A stretch of 64,000 nt of DNA from the human T2T-CHM13v2.0 reference genome, Homo sapiens, in NCBI RefSeq assembly GCF_009914755.1, contig NC_060934.1. One strand, 5' to 3'. The position numbers and the translations under genes were made by a program. Shown here piece by piece: positions 1 to 13,894 of this stretch. Below the pieces are notes generated by a model. The model made no database searches. It was not told the DNA's origin and was given only the letters and a program-made list of their open reading frames with translations. Position 1 is the stretch's first letter, and every line of letters begins with the position of its first letter.

Positions 1-125
1 GCTTCTCTATGTCTCAGTTTTCTCATCAGTAAAAATGAAGATAATCGAAATTACATTAGGTAATACTTGTGAATCAGCACAGTACCTGACACAGTGTAAG
101 CATTTATGAAATATTTGCAATTATT
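1..125 (+). mobile_element. MIR fragment
   Basis: ctcagttttctcatc.gtaaaa.tg core and cacagt.cctg.caca 3' part. Confidence 0.65.
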
Positions 126-451
126 ATCATTAATAAGATGTATTATTATGTGCATAGCCTGATCTTAATTGATTATCCTCATTATGAGTATAATATAAAA
201 CAATCTTCAAAACGCACTCTTTTAGCCTCTAAGTAATTGTGCTGGACTGAGAAGGAAGAAAATACAAGAACTCTGTTTATATTCTCCGGAGACATCATGT
301 TTCCAGTAACGTGGAGTTCACTAACAACAACTTAAATGTAACTCCGAATTAAGGAACTCACACAGGCTGAAGGAGTTTTTCTGGGAGGTAATCCCATGTT
401 GATGGAGTCTCACATGTGTATTCCAGGAGTGCCTGAGTATATATCACATGC

Positions 452-489
452 AGAGTGAGAGAAAAAGAGAAGGGAGAGAGAGAGAGAGA
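452..489. repeat. (GA)n-rich microsatellite
   Basis: Seen directly. Confidence 0.85.
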
Positions 490-569
490 CTGAACAAGTT
501 TAAATAAATCTTACTAAAAATTAATGTTAGCATGTTAGATACACTGACCTCTTTTCAATTCCTCAGACA

Positions 570-940
570 TGCAAGCATTTCTTGTACACAAGGCCTTTGC
601 ATATGATGTTCTTTCTGCCCAGACATCCCTCTTCTCAATGCGTTGCAGGGCTGAGTTTTTTCTTTCATCGTTTAGATTTCAGCTTAGTGTCATTGCAGAC
701 TGTCATCTCATTACTCTAACTAAAATACCATCCCTCCCACCATCATTTTATTATCTCAGCTTTTTTTCTTGTCTCTCATAGCCGTTATTTTTCTGGTGCC
801 TTTTAAAAAAAAATCAGTTTCCTTCACTGAGATATTAAGTTTCATGACAGAAAGCTTTAATCTTTTTTACAGCCCTGTTTTCAGTATTTAGCTCACAGTT
901 ACAGCACAGAGTTTCAAAGTAATAAGTACTCAATAATTGC
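570..940 (+). mobile_element. L2 3' fragment
   Basis: ggcctttgca.atg.tgtt motif and taagtactcaataa end. Confidence 0.5.
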
Positions 941-1195
941 ATGTAGTTTGGGGAGTTGTTAAATAAAATTTAATCTCTTCATTAGTACATCCTATAGCTA
1001 TATGTTTATAAATTTTCATATTGTCTTGAGAAAATTGAAACTGACATTTTGGCTTTTACAGGATCATAAAAGTATCACACAGGGATGACCCTGCAGCGAT
1101 GTATTGCTATCACCTCTGTTACTATTTTGACACTCAGCTAAATGATAGGTCAATCACATTTGAGATTTTCATCATCGTATGAATTTGAATAATAA

Positions 1196-1621
<426 letters not shown>

Positions 1622-1831
1622 TGATTTTATTTATGAAGAAACCAGTAAAGCAGAGAATAGCAATTCAGATTTCTTGCATCTACATTGCACCAGAGAACAG
1701 AAGGTAATTCTAAACTGTGAAAAGAGATGACAACACCATGAAAAATGAAAGAATTATCTCCCTTCCCCCACAGACAATACAAGATAGAACCCTTTCCCCT
1801 TGGTCCTGGCCCGCTGAAGTCTATCCCATTT

Positions 1832-2144
<313 letters not shown>

Positions 2145-2496
2145 TAAAATATGTGGGCCTGACCAGCAAGCAATGAGTTTGCCATTGGGTCAGTATCGTC
2201 CTATGCATGAGGAGGTGGTCTAAAATCTTGAGGATTTTGATGAGTTATAGCTTTGTCTAGAATCAGACTGGCCTTTGGATTCATAAAAAGTTGATTTTGC
2301 TCAAGAACATGGCTTTAAGGCTTCATATAAAGATTTCCTACAGAAAGAGAAGAACACAATTTGGGATCCAAGATGCCGCTATGAAATAGGCTTACAACTC
2401 TTATCTTTTGGGCTTTAAAAGAGAAAAATACAAGAATGCTCCAAAATACTGATGCTGAAAATATAGATGACTGTGAAACAGCAGAGTACAGCATCA

Positions 2497-2847
<351 letters not shown>

Positions 2848-2873
2848 GGTGACGCTTTCTTGTGTGAACGTTA

Positions 2874-3191
<318 letters not shown>

Positions 3192-3738
3192 CTAAGGATA
3201 AAAGGTGATGATCCTGGGAGGAACTATTAGTACACAGTAGTACAAGTTACATTTTCAGAAATGTCCAAATAGAAATGCAGGTATTAAGATGTAGAAAAGG
3301 AAATCTGGGTAGCTGAAATGTGATGCACTGACAAGGACAAATACTGCAAAAGACCAGCTAATCACGTTGTAAGAGCCCTAGAGATCAAGGGTACATTTTG
3401 TAATGAACCTATTCCGGAGTTATGGAAACGACCGCCAGCTGTTCCTGACTGAAGACTACTTGAGGCACGATGACCCAGAAAGTCCATATGTTTCCAAAGA
3501 TAAAAGCTTAATTAGATATATCACTTCTAACTGAATAAATCCACACTCCCACAAGAAAGGAGATTAACTGTAAGGCATATGTCAGGAGGGTGACTTTCAA
3601 ACATGCAACAGCTTCAGATACTGAAACATGCTACTATTTAACTGTGGCTGTCTTTGGATGGGAGACTTTCAGGGGATCGTTATTTGTGTGTCTTTCAATG
3701 CTGGGTGCATATAACTTCTATAACGAAAAATATTTTGA

Positions 3739-4024
3739 GGCTGGGTGAGGTGGCTCACACCTGTAAACCCAACACTTTGGGAGGCTGAGGCAGGAGGATT
3801 GCTTGAGCCCAGGAGTTTGAGACCAGCCAGCCTGGGCAACATAGTGAGACCCATCTCTACAAAAAATAATTTAAAAATTAGCTAGGAATGGGAGCACATG
3901 CTTGTATTCCCAGCTGCTTGGGAGGCTGAAGCCGGAGGATCACTTTCGCCCAGGAGGTCAAGGCTGCAGTAAGCCATGATTGCATCACTGCAGTCTATCA
4001 AGCCTGGGTGACAGTGAGACTGTC
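3739..4024 (+). mobile_element. AluJ
   Basis: J-type diagnostics; tail replaced by (CA)n. Confidence 0.9.
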
Positions 4025-4069
4025 ACACACACACACACACACACACATACACACACACACACACACACA
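4025..4069. repeat. (CA)n microsatellite
   Basis: Seen directly. Confidence 0.97.
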
Positions 4070-4790
4070 AAATTGTTTTTGTGTGAAAGTATATACTATC
4101 AGAGATACAAGGAATGAAGGTAATCCAGCTCTTTCTATGCTTCTATGAACTACTCTAAAGATCAATTGGTAGTCACATCCTGTATTATAAAATAGTCAAG
4201 CCATTGCCAAAAGTCATTGAAGAGATTTTTGTTTTTAACTGCTATTTAAACCTGGAAACAGGTCTCAAAGTGACTATGCAATGTAAAAGCTCCATCTGAA
4301 TATTAGCAAAGGACTTTTTATATCTTATTTTAAAATAATGAATGAGACCGGGAATGCGACCGCGGGAATGAGACCGCACAAAATTATGTGTGGGTGTTAT
4401 GCGGCCCTCTCTTTATGTACTTCCTGTCATTGCTGGGTTCTTACTGATAGAAGCTTTGTCTTTTCATTGAGGTGTGACTTGAACCTGTAGCGGGGTGATT
4501 GGGTCTAACATGGCAAGACTGGTGACAGTGGGGACAGGGGCCCCTTATGGGGTATAATTATGCTTCCTGGTAATTTTCTACTGTGCTGCTACTACTATAA
4601 GAAGCCCTCTAGGAAGATCAGGAATCCCCTACCAGGTGTGTATGTGTTGACACACTCATTTCTCCCTTGTAAATTTGCTTGAACGAAGAGTTTGCAGTGC
4701 ATTTTTATCCCCCATGCATTTTACAGTCACATCATAACAATAGGTGATCTATTAATTTACGTCAAGATACCACAATTGAGGTACAACTGA

Positions 4791-5126
<336 letters not shown>

Positions 5127-5439
5127 TAGACTACAATGAGAGCATTTTGTTTATGTCAAGAAAACAAAGTGTATATTTCTTAATAAGTAAACTTTTAAAA
5201 TGTAATTTCATTAGTACAGGAAATTAATAACTTTAGTGTCTTTCCTTCTTCAGCCTCACTCACCTCATCTACAAGCAGAGTTGGGACTCAATTATTCTGT
5301 GAATTTTAATTCCAACTAATAAATTAACCAAGCTTTGAAATTTCCTTGTAAGTATGGTTATAACAATTCACACTGCTGTTTATGCCAGTGGCTTTATTTC
5401 AAATGGTAGTTTCTCAGTTGGAGAAGCAGTTCGAAGTCA

Positions 5440-6386
5440 TTTTGAGCTCCTTTAAACTCAACGCTTTATAAAGCGGTGATTACTTTCGTGTCCTAATTAA
5501 ATGGCCACGTCACTCTCTTGCATCTTGTTTGGAAAGTCACAAGCAATAAAGAACTGTGCTATATTATGACTGATGAGCATTATTTGATTTTTGCTATGCA
5601 ATATTGCATATGATATTTACTACCTGTGAACCTCCTTGTGGTATAGGACACACTTAGTGGAGCAGGTAATGGAAAGGGATTATTAAAGGAAACGATCTCA
5701 TGCTTTGTTTTTGAGAGAAGGTTTCATCTGAAACAGAAACAGACACACATACCACGAGCCCGATTACTATAGAACCGAAGAGACCTTTCCAGCTGTTTAC
5801 ACTTCGGATGTAAAATGGCAATTTGACATAGACTAACAGTGTGATGTGAGCATCTGCGTAAAAAGGCGACATATGGAGCATGCCCAGTGTGGGAGTGCGT
5901 CCTCCTCCCTCCGCCTCCCCCCTCCCCCTCGAGATCTCCAAAGATAAGGCTTGAACTTTGCACTTGCAAATGTCACTGCATACGTTTTTGCACTAGTTTT
6001 TTTTTTTTTTTTCTGCGATTCTTTTACAACTAATTTCTTTTAACAATTTGAGCGCAGGGAAGAGAATGTTTAGGGTTATGAGATGCATTAAGTTTAGAAC
6101 GAGTTGATGCTCGGCTTTTGAATGCACTTGTCTTCTTTATTTTTAAAGCAATATAAAGCACTCGAGTGTGTGTTTTCAGCCCCTCCTGGAATGGGAAAAT
6201 AAGAATCTCCCTGGATGGGAGTCCTCTGGGGCAGGGAGTGAAAGCCCCGGAGGCAGAAAGGGACGGAGAACAGGGGCTTGCCCAGAGCATGGATAGGAAA
6301 GGAGCTGGGGTTCTCCGGGGCTCAGCGCGCACTGAGAACCTGTGCCCGGGGCTGCAGCTGCGGACGATAAAGGCGCTGTCTGGCTC
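5440..6386 (+). promoter_or_regulatory. Probable beta2e promoter and 5' UTR
   Basis: Repeat-free, raised CpG, C-rich Sp/KLF/MAZ-type tract 5901-5930 directly upstream of an alternative first exon; TSS not determinable from sequence. Confidence 0.65.
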
Positions 6387-6390
6387 ATGA
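6289..6390 (+). other. 33-aa upstream ORF whose TGA overlaps the beta2e ATG
   Basis: agcATGg at 6289 (A-3, G+4); MDRKGAGVLRGSARTENLCPGLQLRTIKALSGS*; stop 6388-6390 within ATGA. Confidence 0.55.
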
Positions 6391-6455
6391 AGGCCACCTG
6401 GATCAGGCTTCTGAAAAGAGCCAAGGGAGGAAGGCTGAAGAATTCTGATATCTGT
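6387..6455 (+). CDS. CACNB2: CACNB2 alternative first coding exon of isoform beta2e (MKATWIRLLKRAKGGRLKNSDIC), phase-0 donor
   Basis: ATG at 6387; translation matches the known polybasic beta2e N-terminus; TGT|gtaagc donor at 6455/6456; in-frame upstream stop TGA 6333-6335. Confidence 0.96.
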
Positions 6456-7278
6456 GTAAGCGCAAGGGCTTTCGTTTGTGGGGAGAGGTTATTTTGTCTC
6501 TGCTTTTCTGTTGTTGCAGTGAGTGCAGGTAGAGAGGGTGGTTTGATTTGGTTAATCGGATCATGATTGCAGGAGAGGGAAGCTAGGGAGATTCCTCTCA
6601 TTTTTTGAGCTCCTTTTCCTAGGTTGTGATTAATTGCCAGATGAGCTATCCCAGGCAGGTGTTTTCTGTAGACGGCTTTTTATTAAATCTAGGTAAAGGT
6701 ATTTTAAAATGTGTTGCTGGAAGATGGAGTGAAGTTAGCTGCTAGTGTCTTACAGTTTTATCAGAGAAAATAGCAGGTGTATAAAAAGGTAAACAAGGCT
6801 TTTTCAGATTAAAGTGGGAATCATGTCATGGTAGTGACATTTTGGAGAGTTCAAGTTTATAACTCAGACTTTCTTTCATGTTTTTGTTAAGCTTAATGTC
6901 CTCCTAGTTTCAAATACCTGCTTTAGCATGTAGATTGTTCTTGAAGCTATCCTTGAAACCCATCGTTGTCCTTCAGTTCTGCACTGCACCATCAAGCTGT
7001 TTAATTATAAAACCAACTTGTTCTGGCTTCCAGGAAGGATAGTTTTTTGGAATATAAAGCTTGGGAAGGAATGGCAACTCAGTAGACACAACTATTCTAT
7101 TGAATGTCTGCAAACCAGAGCATGGTTTTCTAGATAGGTTGCTGCAAAATGAATTATTTTCTCCTCTTTTCAGGAAAGTATAGAACAATCCGGGAAGCTA
7201 ACTGCTGTGTCGATGAGACTTTTCCAATGCAAACATCATAGACTGAATCTACTTTAAAATGTACATTTTCCTCTCCAG
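6456..7278 (+). other. CACNB2: 823-nt GT-AG intron between the beta2e exon and the common exon
   Basis: gtaag...ccag boundaries join two in-frame exons. Confidence 0.93.
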
Positions 7279-7398
7279 GGTTCGGCAGACTCCTACACTA
7301 GCCGTCCATCCGATTCCGATGTATCTCTGGAGGAGGACCGGGAGGCAGTGCGCAGAGAAGCGGAGCGGCAGGCCCAGGCACAGTTGGAAAAAGCAAAG
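7279..7398 (+). CDS. CACNB2: CACNB2 first common exon, 40 aa [40 protein letters not shown] (helix preceding the SH3 domain)
   Basis: Acceptor ttttcctctccag| at 7278, donor AAG|gtaaaa at 7398/7399; 120 nt, phase 0-0; translation is the conserved CaV-beta core start. Confidence 0.97.
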
Positions 7399-9197
7399 GT
7401 AAAATCGTTTCCTCCCTGCCAAGATCTTTGCAAGTTGTGCTGTGCCCCTGATAGACCACCTGTGGGAGTTTCCCCTAAAGGTTGTTTGATCTATTAGAGA
7501 ATTTCATTGTCTGGTTTTAGAAAGGTACAAAAAATGGAGCCTAGTTTCTTCCCTTGGTAGAAAAAGGAAGTGTGGTATATAAGACTGGTCTTCTATGTTG
7601 TTTTATAATCCAAGCAACTCTTTTCTGTGGGTGGATGGCTTATTTGGACACATACAAAAGGATCCTTGAATTTGCCAAGAGGAAAAACTGCACCTAATAT
7701 CAACATGTTTTACTTCATTTCCACAGTAAACTATATCTCTGTTAAGAAAAAAAAAAAAAAAACAGACTGACTTCAAGCTATTGTTTATTTTCTTAGACTT
7801 GAACAGTTTTTCCCCTGAATTTTACTTCATAGGTGTTTTATGTTAGTATCCTGTATTTTCAAAATGGATTACATTATGCTTTTCCAAAAGCAACAGAGGA
7901 TTTTATTGATTTTTAAAAGTTTCTTCTCTTAGAACATGTTCTTCTCCATTCCATCTTAGTAAAGTGTGTATATATGGAGGGGAGACTGCAAAGCAGCTAT
8001 GAAATAGATAGTTACAGGATTCATCTCAGGCCATGTCTCATTTCAGTCATTGCAGTGATTTGAATTCTTTCTCCCATGCTGTCCTTGGAATAGTGGCTAT
8101 TTCTAAAGCATAGATTGTTCGAGTTGAAGGTGGCTTGGTTTGTGGGATACTCAGTCACTTCTCAATGAACCTATTTTAACATGGTTGTTGATTTTCCTTT
8201 GAAAAACTTGTTTTGAAAAAGGCTAAGTGCCTTGTTGATCATGCTAGAAATACCAGGATAGCATTTCTACTGCCTGCCTCATCTCTGAGATGAGTAAAAT
8301 CTATGTGTGTTGCTATGGGAATTGTGGTTAGGAGATTCTGGTTTGAATGCATGGACAGCCCTTATGTAATACATTATTCATGACCTCTAGTGCGGCTGCC
8401 ATCATAGTCTACTGAGGAACTGCCAGGAGACCTTGACTTCTAAAAAGCAGTACTTTTGTATATCAGAATGATGTTCTTACCTCGCCTGGCAGGGAAATTT
8501 TCTCCAGGACTGACAGTCTTCTCTGAAAGGCAGTTCATAAATAGCAGATGCAGGGAGGGTTTTGTGATGGTGGAAACTGATAAAACTGGACGTGGCCCAG
8601 TTGCCATCAATGAATCTGCTCTACCAATGTTAGCCACGTAGAACATTGTGAAGTTGAAATTAAATAATGAAGAACATTAAATAATGTATGACAGTCTGCA
8701 TTGTAGTTAATATAGGTTGCAGCTGAGAGTCTGAATTCTATATTCTATATTTTGCATTGTGTGTAAAGAAGAGTACAAAAAAACTACAATTTGTATTCCG
8801 AAAATAAGATTGTTCTATTTGCGGCTAATTTATTCATGTAAGTTTCACATACCAAAATTGAACAGTTTCTCGGGCTTATATGCCATCATGATACAGCCCA
8901 ATAGACTGTAGGTTTGGTTTTCAATTGTTATGTAATTGGGGCATTTTTGTTCATGACTCTGTGGCTGTGTCATGAGTTAGATGACATTGCTGCAAAGAAC
9001 TTTTAAAGTATCTTTTAACCAAGCATGGATCGAAATGTTGCTCCTAAATCAAACCAGGGTCGTGTTACTTGTCCTACAGCCTAAAAAGATGATAGTTAGA
9101 AATGATGTAGAGGATAAAAGAAAATGAAGAGACTTTAAAACAAAGGCAAAATAATTGAAAAACTATTTCCTATGTTTAAGGCAAGATAGTTTATTTA

Positions 9198-9490
9198 ATG
9201 GGTGAGATGGGAATGGTTAATGGGTACCCAAAAAAAAAAAAAATAGAAAGAATGAATAAAACCTATTTGATAGCACAATAGGGTGACTAAAGTCAATAAT
9301 AACTTAATTGTATATTTTTAAATAACTTAAAGAATGTAATTGGACTGTTCGTAGCTCACAGGATAAATGCTTGAGGGGATAGATGCCCCATTCTCCAGGG
9401 TATGCTTATTTCATATTGCATGCCTGTATCAAACCATCCCGTGTACCTCATAAATATACACATCTATGTACCCATAAAATTTTTTAAAAA
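9198..9490 (+). mobile_element. L1MA-type 3' end
   Basis: ggttaatgggtac...ggataaatgcttgagggga...tatgtacccataaaa; TSD atagtttattta 9186-9197 and 9491-9502. Confidence 0.9.
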
Positions 9491-10464
9491 ATAGTTTATT
9501 TATATTTTTTCTTTAAAATTAGGTCAATATTTTAAACCTTTGATGTATTCAAATGAGACACACTAGGGTAAGTGAGAATTTAAATATGTCTCAAAAGAAG
9601 ATACAAAGATGAGCATTGAATTTTCCTTTATATTAAAATCATGGTTTGGTAAGTCTGGTTTATTAATCCCAATATCCTTGAAGAAATAATGCAAAATAGG
9701 GATTGTAGAAGGCTAGTTCCCTCTATAAATTTTTATTGTTATCTATAAAAATAACCTCATTCTTTGCCAGAATTTCATCTTGCCTTAATGAAACCTACTT
9801 CAAAATGAAGGCTTAAAGTTTAAAAACATAACAATTCATGCTATTTAACTTTAAATAGTTAAAAACACTTTGCACAGCCATTTTGGAAGAATCAGACATT
9901 TTCTACATTTACTTCGTAACCATCGAAGCATCTCTCAAACAGAAAGACTCTACAAGTCAGTGCTTTTACTCACCTTACAGATCACATGTAATAAATAAGT
10001 CTGTGCAGATGACGTTAGCAGTGCTTTCAGATCCTGGTCCTGTATAAATACAAACACATTATCCACTAATTGCCTAATAATACCTCTGTGAAATAACGTG
10101 ATTAGCAAGAAGTGAGACTAGAGATACTGTCTTTTAAAATTTAAGTGACCTACAAAAGGTTATATAACGAAGTACTCTGTGCTGTCAATAAACCTATTAC
10201 TCTCCACTACCACTTTGTTAAGGCTTTTCTTAACCACTAAACTGCAGTGAACAGATTAGATGTTAATTTTGAGGCCAATAAATACCAACTGACATGACAT
10301 TGTTTTTTAACGTGGTGTTTTCTGGTTCCAAATGTGTGTTTTGATGTTGTACAGTTATGGCATACTTTGCAAATCCTGGTCATTTCAGTTTGTGCTATCT
10401 GATATTACCTTAAAGACAAGTAATATATGAATGTAATTTATTCCCACGTTGATCTTCTCTTTGA

Positions 10465-10890
10465 AAACAACTTTATTGAGATATAATTCACCCATTTAAA
10501 GTGTATAATTCAGTGGTTTTTAGTATGTTCAGAGGTGTACAACCATCACTATAATCAGTTTTAGAGCATTCTCATTGCCCCATAAAGAAATTCCAAGCCT
10601 GTTATCAGTCACTCTCCATTCTCCCCAACCATCTCCCTGTCCCCATGCGTAGAACCACTATTCAACTTTTGTTTCTACAGGTTTGTCTATTCTGTATATT
10701 GCATATAAATGAAATCTTACCATAGGTGATCTTTTGTGATTGGCTACTTTTGGACATCTGGGTTGTTTTCACCATTTAGGTATTGTGCGTAATGCTGTTA
10801 CGAACATTCCTGTATATATTTTTTTGTGTGTGGGCGTATGTTTTCATTTCACATATGTATGTACTTTGGAGTGAAATTGCTGGGTCACTT
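10465..10890 (-). mobile_element. L1MB-type 3' fragment
   Basis: ctttattgagatataattca...gaaattgctgggtca. Confidence 0.8.
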
Positions 10891-10905
10891 GATCATCTCT
10901 TTTTA

Positions 10906-11342
<437 letters not shown>

Positions 11343-11695
11343 CGATGGACTCAATGTGATCTTCTTAGCCGAATAGAATAACCTTCAATCTTGAGTCCAT
11401 TGTTCTTTTATCATCGAATATCTACTATATTAAAGAAAATGTTAGGCCCAGTTGGTGAATAGGAGAGACTGCAAGGCCGGAGCCACAAAGAAGAAATTGG
11501 CAGGTCTTTTGCCTGCAAGAAGCTTCCATTGTTTGTTTTGGGAGAAAGTTGTGGTCATAAAAGGTGGAATACAATAGGTTGTGGGGAAGGGAGGGATAGA
11601 GAGGTCTGTGAGCACCCAGGTTTAGACTGCATCCTACTGGCAGGAAGAGAAAATCCTTCTTGGAGGAGGTAGTGGCTTAAAAGTAGACCTCACAG

Positions 11696-12178
11696 CAGGG
11701 GTTCGTATTCTGTTAGGAACCAGGCTACACAGCAGGAGGTGAACAGCAGCAGCCAGACAGGAAGCTTCATCTATATTTACAGCCACTCCCCACTGCTCAC
11801 ATAACCACCTGAGCTCCGCCTCCTGTCAGATCAATGGCAGCATTAGGTTCTCATAGGAGTGCAAACCCTTTTGTGAGCTATGCATGTGAGCGATCGAGGT
11901 TGCGCACTCCTTATGAGAGTCTAATGCCTGACGATCTGTCACTGTTTGCCATCACCCCTGGATGGGACCATCTAGTTGTAGGAAAACAAGCTCAGGGTTC
12001 CTACTGATTCTACATGATTGTAAGTTGTATAATTGTTTCATTATATACTACAATGTAATAATAACAGAAATAAAGTGCACAATCAATGTAATGTGCTTGA
12101 ATCATCCCAAAACCATCCCCAAACCCCAGTCCATGGAACAATTGTTTTCCCTGGTGCCAAAAAGGTGGAGGACTGCTG
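11696..12178 (+). mobile_element. MER1A-like hAT-Charlie DNA transposon
   Basis: cagggg...gactgctg termini; degenerate 8-bp TSD cctcacag / ccttagag. Confidence 0.85.
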
Positions 12179-12468
12179 CCTTAGAGGATGGACAGGTGAA
12201 GTTTAGCTCTTGAAGTACAAAGAGGGAAGTAAAGAAGAGAGAAATGCCTCCCAGGCCCTGGAATACAGTGTATGCGACGGTCAGTGTACGTAAAGGCTGT
12301 GCAGCAAGAAAACATAGACCCTTCCGGAGAAAGGTTAGTTTCTTGAGAAAATGTCTTTATTCTACCTTCACAAATTAGCTGGTTATAGTATTCAGAATGA
12401 AAAATGTTTTTCTGCAGATTTGTGAAGGTTTACTTCATGGTCTTCTAAAGTCCAGACCTGCTGTTCTG

Positions 12469-12470
<2 letters not shown>

Positions 12471-12501
<31 letters not shown>

Positions 12502-12781
12502 AGACAGGGCCTCCCTCTGTCGCCCAGGCTGGAGTGCAGTGGTGCCACCTCAGCTCAGTGCAACTCCACCTCCCGGGTTCAAGCGATTCTCACACCTCAG
12601 CCTTCTGAGTAGCTGGCATTACAGGCACGCACCACCACACCCAGATAATTTTTGTATTTTTAGTAGAGACAGGGTTTCTCCATGTTTTCCAGGCTGGTCT
12701 CAAATTCCTGTCCTCAAGTGATCCATCCGCCTCGGTCTCCCAGAGTGCTAGGCTTACAGATGTGGCCCACCATGCCCGGCC
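12471..12781 (-). mobile_element. Alu
   Basis: 30-nt T tail; TSD tgttctgtcttt. Confidence 0.95.
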
Positions 12782-12799
12782 TGTTCTGTCTTTAAGTTT

Positions 12800-13400
12800 T
12801 TGATTTTTGTTTTTTTAAAATCTCTAATATTTTGGGAACTGATCTTCCTTTGGTATTTTGACATTTTGACATGACATGCCTTGGTGTGCACCTTTTTGTT
12901 TATTGTACTTGGCTTCTCATGCATTCATTGTGAAGGGCTGATCAGTTCAGTTCTGGAAACTGCCCCTTTTTTTGGAATAATTTCTTCCCCTATATTGTCC
13001 TCTTTTTACTGGCTCTCTGGTTTGTGCGATATTTGATTTGAGCCTCTGTGTAATCATTTTTCTCACTTTTTCTCCATCTTTTTGTTGTACCTGAATTTTT
13101 CTCAACTTCTAACCCATCTGCTCAAATTATATTTGTCAAAATGTCTAATTTCCAAGAGCATTCTTCTTTTCTTCATTTATAGCTTCTTGTTTTTATTCCA
13201 TAGCCATAATATTTTCTCTTATGTCTCTAAAGATACTAATTTTTTTGAAGTTACCTGTGCTGTCACTGTTTATTAAGCTTCTTTAATATTTGATGTTACT
13301 TTTTACATAATGGAGACTTTTTTCAAATGTTTGATTTCTAATGACTATATTTATTATTTCATATATTTGAAGTGAAAATAAAGTGTAAGAAGCAGCAAAA
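12800..13400 (-). mobile_element. Old L1 (L1ME-like) fragment
   Basis: T-rich degenerate sequence with L1M-like motifs. Confidence 0.4.
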
Positions 13401-13471
13401 GCATGCAACTTCATGAAGATTATGAAGTGGAAGCACCTATTGTAGAGGGTTAAAACTGAGTTATCCTGTAG

Positions 13472-13894
<423 letters not shown>

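Noticed and set aside
6192-6220. TGGGA motifs as a calicivirus-type TURBS for the ATGA overlap
   Set aside because: They lie ~170-195 nt upstream and outside the uORF; viral TURBS motifs sit much closer to the stop-start
6342-6566. 74-aa ORF as a stand-alone gene or N-terminal extension
   Set aside because: It is the beta2e exon read from a weak-context GTG and through the donor into the intron
6176-6601. 141-aa antisense ORF over the beta2e exon
   Set aside because: Explained by local GC richness; no recognisable domain or evidence of antisense transcription in the sequence
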